Under the pieces are notes generated by a model. That model saw nothing but the letters and a program-made list of their open reading frames with translations. It made no database searches and was not told the origin of the DNA. A stretch of DNA of 21,960 bases from Promethearchaeota archaeon (lineage in GTDB: Archaea > Asgardarchaeota > Lokiarchaeia > Sigyniarchaeales > SOKP01): positions 1 through 21,960 of the forward strand of contig JABXKD010000066.1 in assembly GCA_013375475.1 (NCBI GenBank), written 5' to 3'. Below, piece after piece: positions 9,409 through 18,470 of the stretch (its first letter is position 1; each line of letters begins with the position of its first letter). Made by a program: the position numbers and the translations under genes.

Positions 9409-9553
9409 TTAATCTCATCATTTTGATGCAATTTATATTTAAATCATTCAAATTATTGATAAGAATTAAAATTTCTTAAACGAATTTAAGACCTCTTAAT
9501 TTAGATACAAAACAAGAACTTTTCTACAAATAAGAAAAAATTTTTAGTTCCAA

Positions 9554-9571
9554 TCACCCCACCCTCTCTCT
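9554..9571 (+). repeat. 18-bp pyrimidine-rich direct repeat, copy 2 (TCACCCCACCCTCTCTCT)
   Basis: 16/18 identical to 3803-3820, in the same orientation and also intergenic. Confidence 0.6.
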
Positions 9572-9708
9572 GTAAGAATAATATTTTATGTACTTATATT
9601 TGTGAAAATGTTCTACTCTATTGTAAGAAAAGATGGAATTTAAAAAACTTTAAAATGAATTAATTACATTGTTAACATGAGTTTTAAGACTTAACTTGTT
9701 GAGCTAAC

Positions 9709-9840
9709 ATGGATGGTAAAAACTCCCATAAAGATGTTTGGTTAACATATTGCGAAGAATGTGTCAAATCGAAAATCGACAAAAATGCCTCTTACGATTT
9801 TAAAGAAGAACCGGGGGAAACCGAAGATACCAATTTGTGA
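9709..9840 (+). CDS. Candidate 43-aa small protein with CxxC (not in ORF track), or a gene remnant
   Basis: ATG 9709 to TGA 9840 gives MDGKNSHKDVWLTYCEECVKSKIDKNASYDFKEEPGETEDTNL. The segment is purine-rich and coding-like compared with its AT-rich flanks. Confidence 0.5.
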   Translation: MDGKNSHKDVWLTYCEECVKSKIDKNASYDFKEEPGETEDTNL

Positions 9841-9975
9841 AAAACATCTAATTTTTCGTAAATAAAACACTTCTTTTCCTACATTTCAACACTGATCTAT
9901 TTTAATTATCGAATATTTCTAAAATAAAAGAAATTTAATTTCTTTTCTATCTAATTTAATGAGAAAAATTAGATT

Positions 9976-11157
9976 ATGAATTCTAAAGAACGTGTTAAAG
10001 CAGCAATACACTTTAATCGCCCAGATAAAGTGCCAATTTTTAATATAATAAAAGGGGATGTTGTTCCTTTACCTTTAACTTACTCAAAACATTGGAATCC
10101 GGGTCATGTAGACAACGAAATCGGATTGTTTCCACATGGTATGAGCCCTAATAATTGGAATGAACCCGATTGGGTTAAAGATCGACCCGAATATAAAGAC
10201 GGGAATTGGAAAAAGATTCCACATGAAGAAGTTGATGAATGGGGATGTATCTGGAATATGAAAGGAAGTGATAGGAATATGGGACATCCCGGGAGACCTT
10301 CTTTACCAGATTTAAAAAATATTGACGACTATATTGAGCAGTACACTTTAAATCCTAAAGATAAGAGTCGCTACGAATCTGCGTTTCAATTTAAAGAATC
10401 ATTCAGTGATGATTTCTACAAAATGTTGGCAATTGGATCACAAGGACCTTGTCATGTAGTTTCTGAAATGAGAGGTTTTTCCAATTACCTAATTGATCAT
10501 TCTAAACATCCAGAAGAGTTAATGCGCCTAATAGAACATGTAACTGATTTTTTCGTAGAAACTATAAAAACCTCTTTTAAACTTGGATTAAATCCTGATG
10601 GAATTATGTTTGCTGACGATTTAGGAGAGCAAAATGGTCCTTTCTTCAGTCCTCGTCTTTTTAAAAAAATTTACTTACCATATTATAAGAAAATTTTTGA
10701 GATTGCTCACGAATTTGGAAGTGAAACCCATCTTCATTGCTGCGGCAAAGTAGATAAACTTCTACCAGTACTAATTGAATGTGGTTTAGATGCTATAGAA
10801 TTTGATAGCCCAAGGATGAGTGGATATTGCGACTTGAAGCAATATAGAGGAAAAATAATGTTTTGGGGTTGTGTGAATATTCAATCTATTTACGGGAAGG
10901 GAACTCCGGAAGAAGTAGAGCGAGAAGTTTGGCATATGGTACGCAATTTAGGGACGAGGAATGGGGGATATGGTGCCTATTTTTACGAGGAACCAAAAGT
11001 AATTAAAGCACCACTGAAGAATGTTAGAGCATTTACAAAAGGACTTAAAAAATATGGTGATTATTCGAAAATTCCCGATCATTGGTGGGATTATCCAACT
11101 GTAGAAAGTTGGGATGATTTTGAGGTTCCTCCTTTACCACCCTTAGATCCGAACTAA
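9976..11157 (+). CDS. Uroporphyrinogen decarboxylase (URO-D)/MtaA-CmuA superfamily protein
   Basis: MNSKERV..AI....PDKVP start, VDEWG.IW, MRGF, DDLG.Q, HLHCCG putative Zn motif, FWG.VNIQ, and GTPEEV.REV. Confidence 0.9.
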   Translation: MNSKERVKAAIHFNRPDKVPIFNIIKGDVVPLPLTYSKHWNPGHVDNEIGLFPHGMSPNNWNEPDWVKDRPEYKDGNWKKIPHEEVDEWGCIWNMKGSDRNMGHPGRPSLPDLKNIDDYIEQYTLNPKDKSRYESAFQFKESFSDDFYKMLAIGSQGPCHVVSEMRGFSNYLIDHSKHPEELMRLIEHVTDFFVETIKTSFKLGLNPDGIMFADDLGEQNGPFFSPRLFKKIYLPYYKKIFEIAHEFGSETHLHCCGKVDKLLPVLIECGLDAIEFDSPRMSGYCDLKQYRGKIMFWGCVNIQSIYGKGTPEEVEREVWHMVRNLGTRNGGYGAYFYEEPKVIKAPLKNVRAFTKGLKKYGDYSKIPDHWWDYPTVESWDDFEVPPLPPLDPN

Positions 11158-11166
11158 AAAAGAAAT

Positions 11167-13860
11167 TTAAAATTTATTTATTATTATTTGCCAAGATAGG
11201 GGTTTATTAAGCTTACTCTCTCCAGTTAATATAACGCGATTTCCCATAATAGCGAACTCATTTTTGTTTCCATTTGTATTTATAGAACTAATTTTCTCAA
11301 GTTCTTGATTAGTTAGTTCTATTGATAATTTCCATGTACCTTCTTTTTTAGGACTATACCACCCTGAATATCCATTTACCGTTTTTTCTATTCCAATAAG
11401 AGAAGATTTAAACCTATATTCCTCTTCAGGGAGAGTGGGTTTTAATTCTACCCCTTCAGAAGTGAAATTTATTCCCATTAAGCGAGTTAGATCGTATAAG
11501 GGCCATGCATGAGGATGTAAGTTGAATACAGGAAAATCGGTCCAAGCGATTCCTATATGAGCAAGATGTTCTTCTCCATCTGCAAGTTCTTCTTCTCCAT
11601 TAATTAATCCTTCATCAAATACGGTCTGCCCGGGATATTTAGATAAATCCGAATTATATGTATCAGGGCCACTCCAAATACCGTACCAAACCTCCGGAAA
11701 ATTCTCAGCATGGTAAGCCAGCGTATTTTTTTTCCACTCGTCCCAGCCCAGATTCCCATCAACCAGTGAAAGTGCCCATATTAAAGTACCGTTTATGGAA
11801 GGCCATATACCAGCGTTCACACCCTGTCCTATATTCCTTATACTCTCAATTCCTTTACTATGAAGCCGTGCACCAATTTTTGAAGGTTTTCGTAATAATT
11901 CATTAATGGTCTGAACTAAAATCATCTTTTTCTTATCCTCAAGTGCGTCCCCTATAATAGCCCATGGTTGAGGTTCTAACCACATCTGGTTCTCACCTAC
12001 CCAACCTAAGTCTTCTGTTAACCAGGCTCTTCTAAACCATCTTCCCATCCACTGAGCTTTAACTGCTTCTCTTTGGGATTCAGAACATTTTAGAACTTCC
12101 TCAGCTAATTCCGATTCGTCTAGATAACATAACATCTCGGAATAGATTTTTAGAGAGAAAATAGCCATGGCTGCATTTAAAACGCTTTCCCCTTCTTTTT
12201 GGATTTCCTTATGTTTTTCAGGTGAAATGTTTCCAATTACAACTCCATCGTTCCAATCTCCATTCGATAATCTCTGGAGTCCATGACGTCCTGTTCCTGT
12301 TTTTTTAACGAGGTGACGGTAACATCTTTTCAATATTTCTGCTACTTCTACTTTTTCAACTCGAGATCCATAAACGGGATATCTTGAAATTTGCTCAGAA
12401 AGGAAATCTGTGTCTCGCGTACCAAGAATGTATTCACTTGCCAGCCACAACAACCACATTTCTTGATCGCTTGGTTTAAAAGGGGTTGGTAGGATTTGTC
12501 CGCTACCAGTGAAAGCGTAGGGTATTTCACCGCTCTTACGAACTGTTTTCAGGATATACCTAATAACATTCTTAACGATGTCAGGATCGTTGTATATAAA
12601 CGGTAACGCGTGTTGTAAAGGATCTCGAGCTGCCCCTTGAAATCCAAGGATATACTGATAGACATGACCCTGAGAGAGGATATGCTCTTTGAAAAAGCTA
12701 TCATAAGTCATAGCGCTTCGCAAGTAGTAATAATGCCAAAAAATCTCGCGATTTACCCAAGGCTCGTCGTAGATTTGTAATTGTATTCTGGTAGTTTTCC
12801 ATTGCTCACAGGATTCTTCAAACTTAGTAGATGTACCAGTTTTATATTTAATAATCAGTGCTTCCAGTTCAAAATTATCGGGAAGATATCCGTATAAAAA
12901 TGAGAGGGTGCAACTTTCAGTCGGATTTAAACTAACTTTCTGCTCAAGTAGCATGGAGCTTTCAACCCCTGTGGAGTTAAGACTATTATTAAGATCGTTT
13001 TTTAAACCATCAGGAGTTTCAACGCCATCTATCCCAAAAAAATCTTTACTGTTTGTTTGCATACCACTGATTTCCGAGTCTAAAGAGACAAGAAATGTTT
13101 TGGGAGGAAATTTGTCTCTAAAACTAGGTTGAAGGTTGTTTGGATCGTATATTTTTTCCTGGTTTTCAAAGTATCTTTTATCTAGAATTCCTGTACCATT
13201 CTCAATTGATTTAAATTCATGTTTGAGCTTATTGCTTGATTCGTGTCGCACATCTCTGGGATGTTTATCTGATGTTTTCGAAAGCATTCCTGCAAAAGCA
13301 GCGGATGAAAATTGATACATGTAGCATCCCCAATATTCGATCCATCGCAAATCTACCCGTTCTTTTCTATTATTGGTGATTTTAACTTGAGAAATTATCA
13401 CGGGATCGTCCCCGAAAGGTGCGAAAATAATCTGGTTCACTGAATATCCTTTTCCACTCACTTTTTTTTGAAAATAACCAATTCCAAAAATTCGTTCAAA
13501 GGAGTCTGCATTGCCTGAATAATATGTACTTAAAAAATTAGTTCCATCTGTTAGGTACCCAAATCCTCCCGCATATTGTCCTTGTTCGGGATTAAATTCG
13601 TTTAAATATTTCGGACTACCCTCGTCCTGTCGCACTTGGATATGTCCATAGTTCGATGCTACAGCTACCAACCTATCGTTCCCAACTTGATGAAGGTGTT
13701 CTTTGTTTGAACGCCACTTTTTATTCATTGGAGTTATTGCTTTAGGATCGTTGATTTGGTTGCATGTATAACGATATGCAGGCAATCCAAGTTCGTCTTC
13801 AACCCATTCTCCAAAATAACCGGACCCAAATTCTTTTTTACTCATTTTATTATGACTCAT
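11167..13860 (-). CDS. GH94-like (cellobiose phosphorylase superfamily) glycoside phosphorylase/hydrolase
   Basis: 897 aa with an N-terminal beta-sandwich-like region, RD..Q sugar-binding motif (AARDPLQH), catalytic GDWND, GESVLNA and EPQPWA. An alternative ATG lies at 13845. Confidence 0.85.
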   Translation of the reverse strand: MSHNKMSKKEFGSGYFGEWVEDELGLPAYRYTCNQINDPKAITPMNKKWRSNKEHLHQVGNDRLVAVASNYGHIQVRQDEGSPKYLNEFNPEQGQYAGGFGYLTDGTNFLSTYYSGNADSFERIFGIGYFQKKVSGKGYSVNQIIFAPFGDDPVIISQVKITNNRKERVDLRWIEYWGCYMYQFSSAAFAGMLSKTSDKHPRDVRHESSNKLKHEFKSIENGTGILDKRYFENQEKIYDPNNLQPSFRDKFPPKTFLVSLDSEISGMQTNSKDFFGIDGVETPDGLKNDLNNSLNSTGVESSMLLEQKVSLNPTESCTLSFLYGYLPDNFELEALIIKYKTGTSTKFEESCEQWKTTRIQLQIYDEPWVNREIFWHYYYLRSAMTYDSFFKEHILSQGHVYQYILGFQGAARDPLQHALPFIYNDPDIVKNVIRYILKTVRKSGEIPYAFTGSGQILPTPFKPSDQEMWLLWLASEYILGTRDTDFLSEQISRYPVYGSRVEKVEVAEILKRCYRHLVKKTGTGRHGLQRLSNGDWNDGVVIGNISPEKHKEIQKEGESVLNAAMAIFSLKIYSEMLCYLDESELAEEVLKCSESQREAVKAQWMGRWFRRAWLTEDLGWVGENQMWLEPQPWAIIGDALEDKKKMILVQTINELLRKPSKIGARLHSKGIESIRNIGQGVNAGIWPSINGTLIWALSLVDGNLGWDEWKKNTLAYHAENFPEVWYGIWSGPDTYNSDLSKYPGQTVFDEGLINGEEELADGEEHLAHIGIAWTDFPVFNLHPHAWPLYDLTRLMGINFTSEGVELKPTLPEEEYRFKSSLIGIEKTVNGYSGWYSPKKEGTWKLSIELTNQELEKISSINTNGNKNEFAIMGNRVILTGESKLNKPLSWQIIINKF

Positions 13861-13890
13861 TTTTTTTTTTATATATATCTTAACGCTTCA

Positions 13891-15462
13891 TTAAAATCCA
13901 CAGTCTCTCAAAACAGGCTTGCTTATGTTGGATGTTTTTTTTAATAATTTTAATAGTAATTGAATTTTAATCTCATTGAAAGATTTTTTCTGCCATAAAT
14001 TATTAAATTCGTCTGGATCATCCTTGAGATTATATAATTCTCCATGATCGCTAAATATTGTAATTCTCCAATTTTCAGTAATTAAAGTTCTTGTTCTTTC
14101 TTTATTGTGGTCGTCGTCCATTTCGATAAGAACATCATCTCTTACTTTATTTTCTGGATTTTCTATTATCGGAATTAAGCTTTTTCCCTGCATAAAGTCG
14201 GGGATGGGCATTCCTGCTAATTCTAAGATAGTTTCAGGAATATCAATTGAACTGGCTAAAGAATCGCAATTTACATTCGTTAAACCGTTTGGAACTTTAA
14301 TTATAAAAGGAATTTTTATCAATCCTTGATATAAAAATGGTCCTTTAAAGAAGAATCTGTGGTCACCACCGAGTTCGCCGTGATCTGTGGTGAAAATTAT
14401 CACCGTATTCTCTGATAAACCAAATTTATCTAAAGCATCTAAAACCTCTCCTAATGCGTCGTCAATCATTTTTTCTGTTCCATAACTTGCAGCAATTACG
14501 GCTTTTGCTTGTTCTTCCGTTACATCTTTAGGGATAGGAAAAATTCTTTTTTCAGTTCCTTCACTTGAAATAAGAGTGTTGTAATGAATTCTATTGAATT
14601 TTGAACTATTTTTATGATTATCATTAAACGTTTTGGGTAATTTCACTTCTTCAGGTTTGTACATATCAAAATATTTCCCTGGTGGTGAATAGGGGTGGTG
14701 TGGGTCCGGAAAAGAGCAGAAAGCGAAAAAATTGTCTTTAGGATAAATCCCCTTCGAAAATCGTTCCAAGAATTCTATTGTGTTATCTTTGACAAATGTA
14801 GTGGAATAAAGCTCTTCAGGAACTTTGTGTTTTAGAACTTGAACTTTTAGTAGAGGGTCTGCCGTATTAAGACTAATATTTAGTTTTGCTTGGATTAAAT
14901 TATCCGGATTGTTTAACTTTATCCTTAGAGATTTTCCTAAGGAAGGGTCACTCTCAATCTTTTTTTTTACCCAATTTATATAGTCAGGGTGTCCACATAG
15001 AGTACCATGCCCCGAAATAAGTTTTACTTCTTCTAATCCAAAGTAGGGCGAATATTTAGTTAAATCACCGTATTGTCCAGGGTGAGCGAATTCTTGACTT
15101 TTTGTGGGATTTTGAAAACGGCCAGAGTTTGCTCCAAAATAATTTAGATGGATTTTTCCAAAACTTGCCGTATGATAATTTCCTGAATTAAGTAATAGAT
15201 CAACAAATGTATTTGAACCTTGTGGTAAATTTCGTCCATTGGTTGTCACTCCGTGGACTGACGGATATTGTCCAGTGTAAATGGTACTTCGATTAGGCAT
15301 GCAGATAGGATTATTGCAATAAAAATTCGTGAACTTTATTCCCTCGTTAGCAATACGATCGATATTGGGTGTTTTTAAGACTATATCGTTATTATAACAG
15401 CTTAAATGGTCTAATCGTTGTTGATCTGTTATAAAAAACAAGAAGTTTAGTTTCTGACTAAT
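13891..15462 (-). CDS. Cys-type sulfatase (choline/arylsulfatase-like)
   Basis: (N)[11 protein letters not shown], formylglycine motif CMPNR..IYTG, GKIH, PDPHHP and FTTDHGE..GDH..FFKG. The frame extends upstream of TTG 15441 to ATT 15462 (ISQKLNF), which is taken as the likely start. Confidence 0.93.
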   Translation of the reverse strand: MSQKLNFLFFITDQQRLDHLSCYNNDIVLKTPNIDRIANEGIKFTNFYCNNPICMPNRSTIYTGQYPSVHGVTTNGRNLPQGSNTFVDLLLNSGNYHTASFGKIHLNYFGANSGRFQNPTKSQEFAHPGQYGDLTKYSPYFGLEEVKLISGHGTLCGHPDYINWVKKKIESDPSLGKSLRIKLNNPDNLIQAKLNISLNTADPLLKVQVLKHKVPEELYSTTFVKDNTIEFLERFSKGIYPKDNFFAFCSFPDPHHPYSPPGKYFDMYKPEEVKLPKTFNDNHKNSSKFNRIHYNTLISSEGTEKRIFPIPKDVTEEQAKAVIAASYGTEKMIDDALGEVLDALDKFGLSENTVIIFTTDHGELGGDHRFFFKGPFLYQGLIKIPFIIKVPNGLTNVNCDSLASSIDIPETILELAGMPIPDFMQGKSLIPIIENPENKVRDDVLIEMDDDHNKERTRTLITENWRITIFSDHGELYNLKDDPDEFNNLWQKKSFNEIKIQLLLKLLKKTSNISKPVLRDCGF

Positions 15463-15596
15463 CGCGAACTCACTTTACACTTTTTAATTCAAATAGATAA
15501 TGTTGATAGATAAAAAATGGAAGTTAAAATAAATCTTTTTATAGTCTTACATCAAGGTTACATTATTAAAAAGATATATTTTTAATATAAACAAAA

Positions 15597-16976
15597 ATGT
15601 CAGATACTAAATTACCAGGAAAGCAAATTTTTGGTTATGTAATGGGTATGGCTCCTTTAACCATCATTCTTGGAGTCTTTCGATTGGCGTACTTAAAATT
15701 TTTCTACGATTCTTTAGGTCTTAATGAGGTTTTGACTATAATTGGATTGGTAATCTTCATGTTCATCAATATGACGAACGATCCGATTATAGGGCAATGG
15801 CAAGATAACACCGATGTGAAGAAACGAGGTAGTCGTCGGATTTTTTATATTAAATATTTTAGTCCGTTTTTAGTAATTGTATTTGTTCTTATGTGGTTTC
15901 CATGGAGTACTGATAACACAACGGATTTAGGACAATTTGTTATGTTTCTACACTTTGTGATAACAATCAGCGTTTTTGACACTTTATCCAACATTGTTAC
16001 TATGGCATGGATGGCTCTTCTCCCCGATATGACTTCAGATTTAGGTGAACGGACAAAAATTAATTTCATTGGGTCCATTTTAGCCCTATTCGCAAGTTTT
16101 TTAGTGATAACAGTTCCTACGATGGTAGATAATTTGCAGTTTTTTCAAGTATATAATATAGTAGTTGCAGTTTTCAGCTATGTGTGTTATCTTCTCGTTG
16201 TTAAATTTTCTAAAGAAAGGCCAGAATATCAACACGATAGGAGTCCTCCCCTTTGGACTGCTATCAAGCAGACTTTGAAATCGATATCGTTTAGATATTT
16301 CATAGGTTATAATTTCTTCAAAACTCTAATTGGTTCGATTCAGCTCGCCTATGTGTTTCTCTTCTTGATACTTATAGGACCTGGAAATGTGGTTTTCTAC
16401 TTTCTTATTGTTATAATAGTTGGATGGAGTTCTAATGTCTTGTGTATGAAGTTAAGAGCCAAGTATGGATTTAAGAAATTGCTGATTCGGTTCAGTATTA
16501 TTCAGTTTGTAGGTGGGTTAGTTTTATTCTTTTTAATTTTGATTCCCGCGATTGAATTACCTGCGATTTGGATTGGATTGGTTTTCTCCACATTTTTTGG
16601 CGGTGCAAATATTTTTGGCGTAATCCTTCAAACGCTTCCAATAGACGAGGACGAAGTAGAATATGGTTCAAGACGGGAAGGGATGTTTTATGGAATTAAC
16701 GCGTTTTTCACCAAACCTGCGGAAAGTATTGGCCCAATAATAGTCCTTGTGGTCTTAGGCCTTACGAGTTACATTCCTGATTCCCTTGTTCAACCCGCTT
16801 CGGCAATATTTGGAATTAAACTAGTATTTTATTTTATCGTGAACATATTTGTAGCTTTAAGTTTAATATTTGCTTACTTTTTTCCACTTGAAGGTGAAAA
16901 ACTTGAGAAACTTGAGAAAGATCTTGAGGAAATACATAAGAAGAAACGAGAAGAGTTTAGCTCAAAAAACTTATAG
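15597..16976 (+). CDS. MFS transporter, GPH (MelB/glycoside-pentoside-hexuronide:cation symporter) family
   Basis: About 11-12 hydrophobic segments, NDPIIGQWQD..T..RGSRR, ALLPDMT....ERT and IDEDE..YG.RREGMFYG motifs. Confidence 0.92.
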   Translation: MSDTKLPGKQIFGYVMGMAPLTIILGVFRLAYLKFFYDSLGLNEVLTIIGLVIFMFINMTNDPIIGQWQDNTDVKKRGSRRIFYIKYFSPFLVIVFVLMWFPWSTDNTTDLGQFVMFLHFVITISVFDTLSNIVTMAWMALLPDMTSDLGERTKINFIGSILALFASFLVITVPTMVDNLQFFQVYNIVVAVFSYVCYLLVVKFSKERPEYQHDRSPPLWTAIKQTLKSISFRYFIGYNFFKTLIGSIQLAYVFLFLILIGPGNVVFYFLIVIIVGWSSNVLCMKLRAKYGFKKLLIRFSIIQFVGGLVLFFLILIPAIELPAIWIGLVFSTFFGGANIFGVILQTLPIDEDEVEYGSRREGMFYGINAFFTKPAESIGPIIVLVVLGLTSYIPDSLVQPASAIFGIKLVFYFIVNIFVALSLIFAYFFPLEGEKLEKLEKDLEEIHKKKREEFSSKNL

Positions 16977-17041
16977 TTTAATTCCCCTTAAAATTTAACA
17001 TAAACAAAATTATTCTCTTTTTTTTTTTGAAGGGCATTATT

Positions 17042-18283
17042 ATGACATATGACTTAATTATTGTTGGAGGGGGTCCCGGTGGAGCAACAGCTGCAAAAAT
17101 TGCAGCAGAGCATAACGCAAATGTATTAGTGCTTGAAGCTGCTGAAGAGGGCAGGTATAAATGCTGTGCAGGGGGAATTCCCATTAGAAACGAAGAGTTC
17201 TCACCAATTCCAAACGGAGTTGGTGATCGTGAAATTACTGGTGGAGTTCTCTTTACTCCTAAAAATGGACCCATGGAATTCGAAGCTTCTGGAAAAAATA
17301 ATAAAGGTTATTGCATGTTTCGAACCGACTTCGATAAGTTTCTTTTGGACAACGCACAAGATGCTGGTGCTCAAGTAATTTATAGAGTGCGAGTAAAAAG
17401 GATTGAATTAGCTAAAGACAAGGGAGTTAAGGTAATAGGAATGGAAGAATATCAAAGCAAATGTGTTATCCTCGCAACAGGATTAGGAGGTGCTCAACTA
17501 CAAAGATCTCTCGGTTTGGAGGTTCCGCCAATGGTAGGAGGAATACAAGCAGAAATTAGTGTTCCCGAATCGAACATAGACGAAGAATTTGGTAATCGCG
17601 TATGGGAGTTCTTCGATCGAGACTTAATTGATCACGGGATTGGGTGGGTATTTCCTAAAAGTCAAGCGCTAAGTATTGGAGTTTTAGGAAAAGGTATTAA
17701 GATGAGTCATTTCAACGCATTCCTCAAAAATCCATTCATAAAGGAGAAAATCGAGGGGAGAAAAATGAAAACTTTTGGAGGTCGTAAAGTTTGGGCGGCG
17801 CCTATACCAGATCGAATGATCGCTAACCCTTATCGTGACCGAGTCATGGTAATAGGAGATGCTTGTGGAACAGCAGATCCTATTTTGTACGAAGGAATTT
17901 ATCAAGCGCGATTATCTGGTAAAATTGCAGCTGAAGTTTTTATTCAAGCACTTGGTGAAGAGGATTTTGGAGAATCTAGCCTTGCGAGATATAACGAGCT
18001 CCTATTAAACAATCTTTACGAAGAAGATTTAAGATATTCCTATAAATTCCATCACCTTTTGTATCACAGTGGTCTCCTAGAAAGAATCATCGAAGCAGCC
18101 TATTCCATGGCTCAAGATGATCCGGAAATGATGCAATCAACTATCGCACTATTTACGGGAAGTGAAACAAGGAAACATAGCTGGGAAGTTATGATGTCTC
18201 GTAAGTGGAAATTAATAAAATTTTTAGGGCTAAAAAATAGTATAAAACTTCTTCCAACACTACTCCATGCTGTAAGTATCTAA
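17042..18283 (+). CDS. Geranylgeranyl reductase family flavoprotein (DGGGPL reductase-like)
   Basis: YDLIIVGGGPGG, KCCAGGI (cf. KPCGG), R..FDK.L...A...GA, GWVFPK and IGDACG.ADP..YEGIYQA. ATG 17042 preferred over TTG 17027. Confidence 0.9.
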   Translation: MTYDLIIVGGGPGGATAAKIAAEHNANVLVLEAAEEGRYKCCAGGIPIRNEEFSPIPNGVGDREITGGVLFTPKNGPMEFEASGKNNKGYCMFRTDFDKFLLDNAQDAGAQVIYRVRVKRIELAKDKGVKVIGMEEYQSKCVILATGLGGAQLQRSLGLEVPPMVGGIQAEISVPESNIDEEFGNRVWEFFDRDLIDHGIGWVFPKSQALSIGVLGKGIKMSHFNAFLKNPFIKEKIEGRKMKTFGGRKVWAAPIPDRMIANPYRDRVMVIGDACGTADPILYEGIYQARLSGKIAAEVFIQALGEEDFGESSLARYNELLLNNLYEEDLRYSYKFHHLLYHSGLLERIIEAAYSMAQDDPEMMQSTIALFTGSETRKHSWEVMMSRKWKLIKFLGLKNSIKLLPTLLHAVSI

Positions 18284-18470
18284 CAAAAGAAAAATTAGTA
18301 ATCTTAATTCAAAATATATTTCTATTTTCTATATTTTATATAAAAATTCTGGGTTATACGCCATAAATTTATAAATAAAGTATTTTTTGAGCAGATTGTT
18401 AAAGAAAAAAGTAAATTTACAAAAGTGATAATTACTGTTGAAACTAAAAATAAATTGAATAACAAAGAAA

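Noticed and set aside
9460-9478. Imperfect inverted repeat TAAGAATTAAAATTTCTTA upstream of the GGR-like gene
   Set aside because: Short and almost all AT; expected by chance at this composition.
9697-9702. TGT-TGA read as Cys-selenocysteine
   Set aside because: There is no in-frame start upstream (TAA at 9685-9687), and I could not identify a SECIS hairpin.
9976-11157. True hemE assignment
   Set aside because: It lacks the RQAGR motif of HemE and there are no tetrapyrrole genes nearby.
16899-16931. AAACTTGAG tandem repeat
   Set aside because: It simply encodes LEKLEKDLEE in the C-terminal helix of the transporter.
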